Shown here piece after piece: positions 11,831 to 21,551 of a stretch of 64,000 nucleotides of DNA. Source of the stretch: Waterburya sp. (GTDB lineage: Bacteria; Cyanobacteriota; Cyanobacteriia; Cyanobacteriales; Xenococcaceae); assembly GCA_965217895.1 (NCBI GenBank), contig CBDCJV010000002.1, forward strand, positions 2,688,001 to 2,752,000, read 5' to 3'. The stretch's first letter is position 1. Every line of letters begins with the position of its first letter. Both the position numbers and the translations under genes were made by a program. The notes under the pieces were generated by a model. The model did no database searches and was not told where the DNA came from. It saw nothing but the letters and a program-made list of their open reading frames with translations.

Positions 11831-14008
11831 GTAGAGTTGAGGGAGAGTATTACCTCTGGCCCCTCTCTGTTAGATCTGTACGTGCGTCTTTCGACGCATA
11901 CAGCTCCCGAAACTTTTAGCTGTCGCTTTTACGGTTGTGTATATAGTCATGACAGGATTCGTGTATTGCCACTAAATTGTTATGACTCCAGTTGTTGTGA
12001 TTTCCATCTACATGATGTAGATTTACTTTCTCATTGCCTATGAGTTTTAATCTACAGGCTACAGATGAATGGTTTTGCCTTCTAAGGGCTTTAGAGGTTT
12101 CTCCATCGTATAGTTTGCTGTTGCGTTTACTCCAGTAAACTATATCTCCGTCAAATGGGGATTTATCTCCTTTGACGTTGATGAATTTATTTTCGGAGTA
12201 TGGGACTTTTGGGAACGCTATATCCAGAAGTTTTTTGCTAGAATAACGGTCTTGTTTTGTTTGCCGATTAAATACCTTAAACGCTCTTTTCTGCATATAG
12301 TAGAGGCTATTTCTAGCCCCATCCATTTTGCAGTAGCAATGGTAGTTTCTCCATCCTCTAACAACGGCGGCTAGTTTACTAGCCTTGACCGTCGCACCAT
12401 AGTTGGAGTTATTGATGATAGATTTTGTTTTCCTATAGAAAGCTCTGAAGTTTTCCACCGAAGGTCGGCTTCTGAACTTTCCATTCTTTTGGACTCGAAA
12501 ATTCCAGCCCAGGAAGTTGAATCCATCTGTCGTTGCTGTCAGCTTTGTCTTTGTTTCGCTGATTTCCATTCCTCGTTTGGCAAGGAATTCTTTAACCTCA
12601 TCAAGTATTTTTTTAGCATCGTCTTGAGGTTTTAGGATGTAAATCATATCGTCTGCATATCTAATACATTTTGATGTGCTTAATCCCCTGGTGCTTTTAT
12701 ATTCACCAATGTTCTCAATTGCGTTGAGTGCTATGTTAGCTAATAAAGGCGAAGCAACCCCGCCCTGTGGCGTTCCTTGTTCTGGAAATCCTACATTTGT
12801 TCCTGCTTTGAGGCATCTGAAGATGCCAAGCTTTAACCCTGATGGGGCAATTAGGTTCTCCATAATTGTGGAATGGTTGATTCTATCAAAGCATTTTTTA
12901 ATATCAATTTCGAGTACTCGTTTATTGATACCTTTCACTCTCGCATTTAAGTTGTCGAACAGGTGCTTTTGCGCGCAATGCGTGCTTCTTCCTGTTCTGA
13001 AACCGTAACTACGGGCGTGGAAAGTGGCTTCGTGTGCTGGTTCTAAAGCGTATTTTGCCAGGCATTGCCAAGCTCTGTCGCTAATAGTTGGAACTTTTAA
13101 AATTCGTTTAGTACCATCCTTTTTTGGGATAGGTATTTCCCGTAATCCTTGGTGTTTCCAATTATTAACTTTCAACTTTATTTGTTTTTCGAGTTCAAAG
13201 CGTTCTTGAAAATTCAAGTTACCTTTTCCGTCGATACCAGCGGTTTTCTTTCCCTCGTTTAGCTGTGTTACTTGCCTAATGGCTAAGAATCTTGCTCCTT
13301 GAGAGCGGAGTATCAGTTTTTGCAGTGACCTTGCTTTTTGCATATCTGCTGCTCGAACTGCTTTCCATACGCGCTTTTGTAAGCGGAAAGTCTCTTTTTG
13401 GAATTTCTTCCAAGGTAAGAATTCCCAGGATTCACTATTAACTGTGTCAATGTGTCTAATCATGCTTTACTCTAGTTTGTATGTTCTAAGTTCCTCAGAC
13501 CAATTACGGTCTGTCCTACCCGAATCTAAGGGATTAATCCTCTCGTCTGGTCTACCGTGGATGCGACCTATCCACAGACCTTAGATTCGTTTTTATTCGT
13601 TCCATTCGATTGATGTTTATTTCCTTTAGGTAGAATCAATTAAACCGCCTAAATCCCATACTCTTGCCAATGTCTTGGATAAAACTTGGCGGGATACATA
13701 GCTTAGGCAACCTCGGACTAGGAATTGCGTCCGTGTAGGCGTAGGTTTCTTTTCTAGGTTCTGTTTTACCGTGGGAATTCCCTATTAGCGTCAGTGTCTT
13801 CTGCAATTGAAGTCTGATTACGCCCTGTTCCCAGCTTCGCTCTGTAGAATTCCGAGTCTACTCGGCGTGGGCAGATAAGGAGTCACCCGTGAGTTTCGGG
13901 GGGAGGGCTTGCACCTCCATTAATCGAACAGTTATCATCTAGCTAATGAAAACTAGAAGCCCTGATTTATATGGGTTTTATCTCACTTTCGTCAGGAACG
14001 AATCGCAC
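11831..14008 (-). mobile_element. Group II intron (IIB/chloroplast-like type inferred)
   Basis: 5' GTGCGATTCGTT at 14008; domain V GAGCTGTATGCGTCGAAAGACGCACGTACAGATC (11906-11873) with AGC triad; domain VI with bulged A and 3' end ...AACTCTAC at 11831; RT ORF inside. Confidence 0.95.
11916..13463 (-). CDS. ltrA: Group II intron reverse transcriptase/maturase with C-terminal HNH
   Basis: GKKTAGIDG, PTISDRAWQ, SYGFRTGRS, GTPQGGVASPLLANIAL, RYADD, FLGWNF, VRGWRNY, LHHVDGNHNN...HESCHDYIH. Confidence 0.96.
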   Translation of the reverse strand: MIRHIDTVNSESWEFLPWKKFQKETFRLQKRVWKAVRAADMQKARSLQKLILRSQGARFLAIRQVTQLNEGKKTAGIDGKGNLNFQERFELEKQIKLKVNNWKHQGLREIPIPKKDGTKRILKVPTISDRAWQCLAKYALEPAHEATFHARSYGFRTGRSTHCAQKHLFDNLNARVKGINKRVLEIDIKKCFDRINHSTIMENLIAPSGLKLGIFRCLKAGTNVGFPEQGTPQGGVASPLLANIALNAIENIGEYKSTRGLSTSKCIRYADDMIYILKPQDDAKKILDEVKEFLAKRGMEISETKTKLTATTDGFNFLGWNFRVQKNGKFRSRPSVENFRAFYRKTKSIINNSNYGATVKASKLAAVVRGWRNYHCYCKMDGARNSLYYMQKRAFKVFNRQTKQDRYSSKKLLDIAFPKVPYSENKFINVKGDKSPFDGDIVYWSKRNSKLYDGETSKALRRQNHSSVACRLKLIGNEKVNLHHVDGNHNNWSHNNLVAIHESCHDYIHNRKSDS

Positions 14009-14193
14009 ACCCAATCGCCATGTTGATGACACAGAAAGAAGAAAACGTTAGATTTTATCAGCGATTAGGATTTGAAATTGCCCATAAATCAGTAATAGGC
14101 AGAAAAAATGTGTTTACCAACTGGTGTTTAGTTTTCACTTAGCCACAACTCTAGTAATCAGCAGGCTTTTAACAGCATCAAGATAATTAGCAA

Positions 14194-15726
14194 TCAATTT
14201 ATTTCCCAAGAATCAATAATCTTTTCGGCAGTTTCTAAAAATTTAGAATACTTAGCTTTTTCGGCAGTATAAATAGCAATATATACTTGCTTATTTTTGA
14301 TTGTAAATACTTCCATTTGCCTTAACTGTAATCCTCTTTCTTGACGAGAATAAACGATCATGCGGGCAGGAAACTCATCGATTTTGGTTTGACGGTTTTC
14401 ATCTATTTCGATATTGTTTGCCTTATCTTGTTTGATCCGCTTAAAAACAGTCTGACCATATTGTTCTAAGGTAGTAGATTTAGAAGGTAAATATTCAACA
14501 GCAATAGACACCTTTTCTAAAAACAAGTCTGCGTTATTTTCCAAAGGAGAAGCAAAAACTACTACTTCTCCTGTAATCGGGTCATCTAAATCTCTTTTTG
14601 ACCACGTTTGAGGATATTTAAGCTTAAATTGATAATAATTGTTGACATAATCGACAAAGCCTTGATAGGCATTTTTGTTCATGCCAATGAATATGATTAT
14701 CAAGGCGATAATAAAAGGCAGTGCTAATAATGACCAAATGATTCGTTTGCTAAATTTAAAACGGGAATTGCTTTTAGACCTAATCTGCTTTCTGCTTTTA
14801 GGCATTACAGTAAAAGGCATTTCCCCGCCAGAAGATTGAGGCGATTGAGGATTAAGTGCAAAAGGAGGCGGAAAAACAACTACATTTTGTTGCTCAAAAT
14901 CGAGTTCGGCGATAACTTCAGCAGCAGACTGATAACGTAAAGATGGTTTTTTTTCTACCATTTTGTTGAGAATACTAGCAAGTTTAGAATCAATATCGGC
15001 ACTGGAGTAGGTGTTAGATGTTGAAGCTTGCTGAGTGTCGTCGGGAGAAGGTGTTTTTGGCTGAATAAATTCCGAAACCTTTTTGGTTAGAGCATAAATA
15101 ATTGTTTTGCCTAAGGCATAAACGTCAGTAGTAAAATCGGCTTTTCCTTCTATCTGTTCGGGGGCAGCAAAATCTTGATTAACTATAGTTTGTAAAGATT
15201 TATTTTTAAATAGAATAGAGTTTTTAATTGCTGCAAAATTGGTCAAAAACTTTCTACCATCTTGATGCTGAATTAAACTTGAAGGCTGAATATTTAAGTG
15301 AGCTACATTAGCTTGATGAATAAATTCGAGAATTCTTAAAATTTCTTGTAACCATTCAATAGCTTCTGCCTCATCAATAAGAGAACGTTCTAACCTTTGC
15401 TCTAAAGTTTCGCTCTCAAAAAGTTCCTGAACCAAATAAAATTGGCGATCGCATTCAAAAAAAGCCAGTAGTTGAGGGATTTGCGGATGCTGGCTAATTT
15501 TTTTAAGGACATTACCCTGTTCGACAAACGCCTGGAGTACCTTTTGCCAAGACTGAGTACCTAAGACTTCACTTTCATACTGAGGCTGTAACCTTTCAAT
15601 TTGACATTGAGGAGAGTTTACATTTGCCAGATCTTCGGCTGCATAAAGGGTACTAAAATCATCCTGACTTAGTTCTCGAATAATGCGATAGCGATCGCTT
15701 AATATCTTACCAACTATTGACTCCAT
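14194..15726 (-). CDS. Ser/Thr kinase-like (probable pseudokinase) with TM helix and PsbP/DcrB-like C-terminal domain
   Basis: Hanks-type fold (HPQIPQLLAFFE, FAAPEQ, DVYALG, RYQSA) with degenerate catalytic motifs; TM IIWSLLALPFIIALIIIFIG; C-terminal FKLKYPQTW...IIDSWEI. Confidence 0.85.
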   Translation of the reverse strand: MESIVGKILSDRYRIIRELSQDDFSTLYAAEDLANVNSPQCQIERLQPQYESEVLGTQSWQKVLQAFVEQGNVLKKISQHPQIPQLLAFFECDRQFYLVQELFESETLEQRLERSLIDEAEAIEWLQEILRILEFIHQANVAHLNIQPSSLIQHQDGRKFLTNFAAIKNSILFKNKSLQTIVNQDFAAPEQIEGKADFTTDVYALGKTIIYALTKKVSEFIQPKTPSPDDTQQASTSNTYSSADIDSKLASILNKMVEKKPSLRYQSAAEVIAELDFEQQNVVVFPPPFALNPQSPQSSGGEMPFTVMPKSRKQIRSKSNSRFKFSKRIIWSLLALPFIIALIIIFIGMNKNAYQGFVDYVNNYYQFKLKYPQTWSKRDLDDPITGEVVVFASPLENNADLFLEKVSIAVEYLPSKSTTLEQYGQTVFKRIKQDKANNIEIDENRQTKIDEFPARMIVYSRQERGLQLRQMEVFTIKNKQVYIAIYTAEKAKYSKFLETAEKIIDSWEIN

Positions 15727-15805
15727 GCAAGTCCAGCTATATTTACGATTGCAAATAAATAAAAAGTTAAAAGTTACTATTACTGATTATAACTAGGACA
15801 ATTTT

Positions 15806-16366
15806 TTAGCTAGATAGTTCCTGTTCTAACTTGTCTAAACGAGCAAGTACTTCTTGACTATGAATACTAGGTCTAACTCCCAAAAAAGCCTCTCGTAAAA
15901 CACCTTGAGGATCGATTAAATAAGTGTGTCTTAAGGACATTGCTCCTAACCAAGAGCCATAAGCCTTACTTACGCTACCTTTGGTATCTGCTAATAAAGG
16001 AAATTTAAGCCCCTGAGCATCGCAAAATTCAGCATGAGAATCAACATCATCAACGCTCACTCCCAAAATTTGCGTGTTTCTTGCCTCATATTCTGCTAGA
16101 TCTTGCTGAAAACGTCGAGCTTCCAGGGTACAGCCAGAAGTAAAATCTTTAGGGTAGAAATATAGCACTACCCATTTACCCTGGTAATCTTTGAGAGAAA
16201 TATCACCATCTCCCGTGTTGGTAGGTAAGACAAATTCGGGTGCAGGTTCATTTAGAGGCGGTTGTTTGCCTCCCATTGCCCAAGCATTAGGCAATATCGT
16301 TGTGCAAGAAAGTAATAAAGACAAGGCAACAGCTAGCCAGAATCGAATCGAAATCAAACGTTTCAT
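15806..16366 (-). CDS. bcp: Peroxiredoxin, BCP/PrxQ family, with signal peptide
   Basis: YFYPKDFTSGCTLEA; FPLLAD; N-terminal signal-like segment. Confidence 0.92.
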   Translation of the reverse strand: MKRLISIRFWLAVALSLLLSCTTILPNAWAMGGKQPPLNEPAPEFVLPTNTGDGDISLKDYQGKWVVLYFYPKDFTSGCTLEARRFQQDLAEYEARNTQILGVSVDDVDSHAEFCDAQGLKFPLLADTKGSVSKAYGSWLGAMSLRHTYLIDPQGVLREAFLGVRPSIHSQEVLARLDKLEQELSS

Positions 16367-16545
16367 AATTTACAAAAATATGATTTACTTAACATAAAGA
16401 TTACAAGTAATGCTAAGACCATAACAAAAAATTAATATATTCAATTAATTTAGAATGGTTCTCATGGAGAAAATATTCTCGTGCGACTTGTTAGCATCGT
16501 CATTCTGAACCAAGCATAAGCAATAAAAATTAAGATGCAGATATT

Positions 16546-17706
16546 ATGAGTAAAGACTTAATTGCACCTCATGGTGGTGAATTAATCGATCGTTTGGCAA
16601 CCCCAGCCGAAAAAGAAGACTTTCTAGCCAAAGCCGACTCTTTACCCAGAGTTCAGTTAGACGAAAGAGCTACATCCGATCTGGTCATGATCGCCATTGG
16701 CGGATTTAGCCCAATTAATGGCTTTATGGGTCAAGAAGACTATATAGGCGTAGTGGAAAAAATGCGTTTAGCTAATGGTTTACCTTGGTCTATACCTGTG
16801 ACTCTCTCCGTAACTAAAGAGGTTGCCGATCCTTTAGAAGTAAATAGTTTGATTCGTTTAGATAATCCTGATGGCAAATTTGTTGGGGTTTTACAGCTAA
16901 AAGAGAAGTATAGCTACGATAAGAAGCACGAGGCTGCAAACGTTTACGGCACGGAGGAAGACAAGCATCCTGGAGTCAAAGTGATTTATGACCAAGGAGA
17001 AATCAATCTAGCTGGCAAAGTCTGGTTGCTAAAAAGAGAAGATCACCCTCAGTTTCCTGAGTATCAAATCGATCCTGCTGCCTCTAGAGCCATGTTTAAA
17101 GACAGAGGCTGGAAAACGGTAGTCGGCTTTCAAACTCGTAATCCAATTCACCGCGCTCACGAATACATTATCAAGTGTGCTTTAGAAATTGTTGATGGTT
17201 TGTTTCTTCATCCTTTGGTGGGAGCAACAAAAAGCGATGACATTCCTGCTGATGTCCGAATGCGCTGTTACGAAATCATGATGGAAAACTATTTTCCTCA
17301 AGAACGAGTAATTTTAGCTATTAATCCCTCTGCCATGCGTTATGCAGGACCAAGAGAAGCTATTTTCCACGCTTTAATTCGCAAAAATTATGGCTGTACT
17401 CACTTTATTGTTGGTCGCGATCACGCTGGAGTAGGTGACTATTATGGAACTTATGATGCTCAAGAAATTTTTGGAGAATTTGCACCAGAAGAACTAGGTA
17501 TTACACCTCTCAAGTTTGAACACGCCTTTTACTGCACGCGAACAGAACAGATGGCAACAGCTAAAACTAGCCCTGCAACTAAAGATGAGCGAATTCATTT
17601 ATCAGGAACAAAGGTAAGGGCTATGTTAAGAGAAGGCAAAACACCTCCACCTCAATTCTCTCGTCCTAAAGTTGCCGAAGAACTAGCTAGAGCCATGAAA
17701 GCTTAA
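16546..17706 (+). CDS. sat: Sulfate adenylyltransferase
   Basis: [41 protein letters not shown]. Confidence 0.98.
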   Translation: MSKDLIAPHGGELIDRLATPAEKEDFLAKADSLPRVQLDERATSDLVMIAIGGFSPINGFMGQEDYIGVVEKMRLANGLPWSIPVTLSVTKEVADPLEVNSLIRLDNPDGKFVGVLQLKEKYSYDKKHEAANVYGTEEDKHPGVKVIYDQGEINLAGKVWLLKREDHPQFPEYQIDPAASRAMFKDRGWKTVVGFQTRNPIHRAHEYIIKCALEIVDGLFLHPLVGATKSDDIPADVRMRCYEIMMENYFPQERVILAINPSAMRYAGPREAIFHALIRKNYGCTHFIVGRDHAGVGDYYGTYDAQEIFGEFAPEELGITPLKFEHAFYCTRTEQMATAKTSPATKDERIHLSGTKVRAMLREGKTPPPQFSRPKVAEELARAMKA

Positions 17707-17769
17707 TAGTCTAGGACATTACCTCGTTACGAGATAATTTATGAATTACTAAAGTAAAACACTATAATT

Positions 17770-17817
17770 GGTTACAGGTTGAGAATACTTAAGCTAGTCT
17801 CAATCTGTAACCTTTTT
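17770..17817 (+). terminator. Intrinsic terminator after sat
   Basis: GGTTACAGGTTGAGA / TCTCAATCTGTAACC stem followed by TTTTT. Confidence 0.75.
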
Positions 17818-17885
17818 GATTTTAAATAATATTTAACAGCTATTGCTGATAGGCTGATAGCTGATATTAAAAGCTAGTAGCTGAT

Positions 17886-20177
17886 ATGATTGATCGCCGA
17901 ACTTTTCTACAGCAGGCTGGATTGGCTTTGTTTACTTGGGGAGCAACCGAAGCAGGAATCTCATCTTTAGACAAAAATAGTCAATTAGCAGCCTTAGTTA
18001 AAAATTATCATCAAACTTTAGCAGCATCTACTAGTCGCAAGCTAGCTTTGCTTGTGGGCATTAATCGCTATCCTGAGCATGAACATCTAGATGGTTGTTT
18101 GACAGATGTTGAACTGCAAAGGGAACTATTAATTCATCGTTTTGGATTTAATCCCCAAGATATTGTTACCTTATGCGATCGCCAAGCCACCAGAGAAAAT
18201 ATTGAAACTGCTTTTGTTGAACACTTAGCTCAACAGGCTCAAGCTGATGATGTAGTAGTGTTTCATTTTAGCGGCTACGGTGGTCAAATCAAGATGCCTT
18301 TAGCTTCAGAGATGGCAACAGCTAACGATATAAATAATGTCGATCCCTTTAAACTAGTTAATAGTTTTGTACCTGTGGATGGGGTGCTACCTTCTCAAAA
18401 AATTTCTATTGCCAATAGCATTTTGCAAGATACTCTACTGGTATTGGCACAGTCTTTGTCTACCTCCAAATGCACTTTTGTTTTAGATACTAGCTTTAAT
18501 ACTACTCCTCGGAGCAAACATAGTAATCTCAGGGTGCGCTCGGTGACGGAGATTGCCGAGAATTCTAGTCCTCAAGAGTTGCTTTTTTTAGAACAGTTAC
18601 GCAGCGATTTTGCTGCTAAAGGACTTAAGCCCACCAAAAGATTATTATCCTTGCCTGGAGTTGTTCTTTCTGCAAGCAGCAATAATCAAGTGGCAGCAGA
18701 AAGACGGTGGAACGGCTTTAGCGCAGGACTATTCACCCACGCTTTAACTCAACATCTTTGGCATTTAACTCCCAGTAATAAGGTGCAAATAGCTTTAGCG
18801 AGAACAGCAGCGACCGTTGAGCAAACAATGGGTAGACAACAACAACCTTCTCTCAATAGCCCTGAAAAGTCGGCGATCGCCTATTATTTAGCTACCAGCG
18901 ATGCTACTAATGCCACGGGAGTTGTTAGCAAAGTCAGCAATAATATTATTGAAGTTAAACTTTTGGGTTTACCGGCAACAATTCTTGACTGTTATGGAGT
19001 TTACTCCTGTCTGCGTTTGCTATCTGCCGATAGTCTAGACGCGACTCAACTCCAAATGCAATCAAAAGCAGGTTTTGTTGGCAAAACCAAGGTTGTGCAG
19101 CCAGGTGCAGTTGATTTACCGCTTCTGGGGCAGTTAGTCCGCGAGAGTATTCGGATGCTAGAGCGTAACTTAGGGATAAACTTAGCCTTAGATGCTGATA
19201 TGCCGAGAATTGAACGAGTAGATGCCACTAGTGCTATTGCTAATATTTCGGGGGTCAACTTGGCGACCGCTTCGGGAGAGCAAAACGCTGATTGTCTTTT
19301 GGGTAAGATCGAGCGAATTTCAGCCAAAGATAGCAATTCAAACACTGAAAATCAAACCTCTAGCTACGGTTTATATACTGCTGGAGGAGAATTAATTAGC
19401 AAAACTACAGGTGTAGATGAAGAAGCAGTTAAAATTGCTATCGATCGCCTCAAGCCACAGTTTAACAATTTGCTAGCAGCTAAATGGCTCAAGCTGACTG
19501 ACAATGAATTTTCTTCAGGTTTAAAAGTAGGTGCTACCTTATCAACAGTCACAACCGAACAGCCTATCAATTTGCATAGAACAACTTTGGTCGCTGAGAA
19601 TGAATTGCCAGCCAAGAAGAAGCAAATTTTTTCTGGCGATCGCTATAGTGCCGAGCCAAATTATGATACTGTACCGATTTTAATTAAAGGTTTAGACATT
19701 CAACTTTCTTTGACTAATACTAGCGATCGACCGCTGTATCTGCTTATTTTGGGAATTAATTCTGACAGTAGTATTTTTGCCCTGTATACTCCTACTGAAT
19801 CGACACCAGCCGAAGCCCAGACGCAATTAAAAAATCTAGAGATTGCACCCCAGAGTGACCTGACAGTACCATCAGCAGAGGATTCTTGGAAATGGAAAGT
19901 TTCTGATTCTGTTGGTATAAATACTTTATATGCTGTTTTTTCTGTAAAACCATTTGCTAAGACCTTAACGGCTTTGGCAACCCAGCCAACCTTTAAACTA
20001 GACCAAGAGCAGATACTAAACGTGACTAACCCAATAGCTGTAGTCAATTCTTTAATGGAAGATTTACACCTTGCTAGTTCTGTACCTCCAGAGCTTTTAC
20101 CTAATGGCGATGTTTATGCCTTGGATGTAAATCACTGGGCAACCCTCAGCTTTATCTATGAAGTCGCTAATTCTTAA
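17886..20177 (+). CDS. Tat-signal pseudo-orthocaspase (peptidase C14-like) with C-terminal DUF4384-like domain
   Basis: MIDRRTFLQ twin-Arg; ALLVGINRY, L-GC-TDV; FHFSGYG and VLDTSF in place of the His/Cys dyad. Confidence 0.88.
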   Translation: MIDRRTFLQQAGLALFTWGATEAGISSLDKNSQLAALVKNYHQTLAASTSRKLALLVGINRYPEHEHLDGCLTDVELQRELLIHRFGFNPQDIVTLCDRQATRENIETAFVEHLAQQAQADDVVVFHFSGYGGQIKMPLASEMATANDINNVDPFKLVNSFVPVDGVLPSQKISIANSILQDTLLVLAQSLSTSKCTFVLDTSFNTTPRSKHSNLRVRSVTEIAENSSPQELLFLEQLRSDFAAKGLKPTKRLLSLPGVVLSASSNNQVAAERRWNGFSAGLFTHALTQHLWHLTPSNKVQIALARTAATVEQTMGRQQQPSLNSPEKSAIAYYLATSDATNATGVVSKVSNNIIEVKLLGLPATILDCYGVYSCLRLLSADSLDATQLQMQSKAGFVGKTKVVQPGAVDLPLLGQLVRESIRMLERNLGINLALDADMPRIERVDATSAIANISGVNLATASGEQNADCLLGKIERISAKDSNSNTENQTSSYGLYTAGGELISKTTGVDEEAVKIAIDRLKPQFNNLLAAKWLKLTDNEFSSGLKVGATLSTVTTEQPINLHRTTLVAENELPAKKKQIFSGDRYSAEPNYDTVPILIKGLDIQLSLTNTSDRPLYLLILGINSDSSIFALYTPTESTPAEAQTQLKNLEIAPQSDLTVPSAEDSWKWKVSDSVGINTLYAVFSVKPFAKTLTALATQPTFKLDQEQILNVTNPIAVVNSLMEDLHLASSVPPELLPNGDVYALDVNHWATLSFIYEVANS

Positions 20178-20196
20178 GGGATGAAGGATGAAGTAA

Positions 20197-20260
20197 GTAG
20201 GGTGGGCAAACTAAAAACGAAGTGTGTCAACATACGCTAAAACCAAATTTGCCCACCTTA
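20197..20260. repeat. REP-like GTAG-initiated inverted repeat
   Basis: GTAGGGTGGGCAAA ... TTTGCCCACCTTA; related copy at 59718-59747. Confidence 0.6.
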
Positions 20261-20291
20261 TTGAAGTAATCAGTAATCAATTAAGTGCTAT

Positions 20292-21551
20292 ATGCAATCA
20301 ACTGACATCGTGATTTTGTCCAATGGACCAGGGGAAGTCGCAACTTGGGTACGTCCTGTGGTTGAATGTCTGCGTCAAACTTTGGGGGATGAACAACAAG
20401 TCAGAATTTCGGTTTTATTGTCTCCTTGTCCCCACAGTACGGGCAAAGAGGCAGCGATCGCTTTAAGCTATCGGCAAGTAGATCGGGTACTGCCAGCATC
20501 AAAGTTTTTTGGCTTTTTGCTTTGGGGTAAAACTCCAGACAATTGGCAATGGCACAAGCAGGGAATGGTAGTTTTCTTAGGCGGCGATCAGTTTTATACC
20601 GTTGCTATTAGCAAACGATTGAGATACTCTAGCTTAATTTATGCCGAATGGGATGCCCGTTGGTATCGCTTAGTTAATTACTTTGCGGCAATGAACCAAA
20701 AGGTAATCGAGGCAGTACCCAAATCTTATCAACACAAGTTTACTTTGGTAGGCGACTTGATGGCAGATACCGCCTTAGAAGTAAAAAACCAGTCTGGAAA
20801 ATTAGACCCAGACATTACCAAAATTGGTTTGCTCGTAGGTTCAAAACCCGCCAAACTAGCTCAAGGAGTTCCTTTATGTTTGGCGATCGCTCAAAAAATA
20901 CAGCAACAAAAGCCTCAAGCTCAATTTATCATTCCTGTTGCGCCCACTCTAGATTTAAGCGATTTGGGCAACTATGCTAATTCACAACATAACCCTTTGA
21001 TCTCATCTTTGGGCAACGTAGAAGGCAAATTAATCATATCGACAGAGGAAGATCTTGCTTATCTAGTTACTTCAGGAGGAACAAAGATCGAACTAATTAC
21101 CCAGTTTCCTGCCTATGAAACATTAGTCTCTTGTCAGCTTTGCCTGACAACCGTGGGTGCAAATACAGCTGAATTAGCATCTTTAGGAATCGCGATGATT
21201 GTTTTATTACCAACTCAGCAGCTAGATGCTATGCGCTCTTGGGATGGAATACCAGGAATTATGGCTAATCTACCAGGAGTAGGCACGTTTTTCGCCAAAC
21301 TAATCAATTGGCTAATACTTAAGCAAGGTCGTTTGTTTGCTTGGCCCAATATCTGGGCTGGGCGAGAAATAGTTCCAGAACTAGTTGGTAGGCTAAAACC
21401 TGAAACTGTTGCTGAGTTGGTGTTAGATTATCTCGCCCATCCTGATAAACTTGAAAAGATGCAGGCTAATTTGCTAGCGGTCAGAGGAAAGAGTGGTGCA
21501 GCGCAACAGATCGCAGATATAATAAAGCAAGAAATAACTAAAATTAACTAA
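20292..21551 (+). CDS. Lipid-A-disaccharide synthase-like (cyanobacterial LpxB family)
   Basis: ILSNGPGEVATWVRPV, FLGGDQF, TTVGANTAEL, AWPNIWAGREIVPEL. Confidence 0.85.
   Translation: MQSTDIVILSNGPGEVATWVRPVVECLRQTLGDEQQVRISVLLSPCPHSTGKEAAIALSYRQVDRVLPASKFFGFLLWGKTPDNWQWHKQGMVVFLGGDQFYTVAISKRLRYSSLIYAEWDARWYRLVNYFAAMNQKVIEAVPKSYQHKFTLVGDLMADTALEVKNQSGKLDPDITKIGLLVGSKPAKLAQGVPLCLAIAQKIQQQKPQAQFIIPVAPTLDLSDLGNYANSQHNPLISSLGNVEGKLIISTEEDLAYLVTSGGTKIELITQFPAYETLVSCQLCLTTVGANTAELASLGIAMIVLLPTQQLDAMRSWDGIPGIMANLPGVGTFFAKLINWLILKQGRLFAWPNIWAGREIVPELVGRLKPETVAELVLDYLAHPDKLEKMQANLLAVRGKSGAAQQIADIIKQEITKIN

Larger units (their letters stand above)
11783..14022 (-). mobile_element. 62-nt GC-rich micro-element (plus 5-nt ATCAA duplication) split by the group II intron
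   Basis: 11783-11830 plus 14009-14022 rejoin on the minus strand as CATGGCGATTGGGT|CATGCTTCC...GCACCCCTCGCC, flanked by ATCAA; the same ends occur at 44926-44972. Confidence 0.8.
11232..14142 (+). pseudogene. GNAT N-acetyltransferase interrupted by a micro-element and a group II intron
   Basis: 11232-11777 (WYLNNMVVAKQIRGIGIGTKLL...FPVV) joins in frame to 14023-14142 (LMTQKEENVRFYQRLGFE...*), giving a 221-aa GNAT; TTGAT(G) is duplicated at both junctions. Confidence 0.9.

Noticed and set aside
11163..12043. ORF-track calls 11163-11822 and 11798-12043 as complete genes
   Set aside because: The first is the 5' part of the disrupted GNAT reading into the insert; the second is antisense to the intron's 3' end.
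11916..13463. RT as a retron, DGR or defence-associated reverse transcriptase
   Set aside because: It has a maturase and HNH domain and lies within a full group II intron with GUGCG start, domain V and domain VI; no msr/msd or TR/VR pair is visible.
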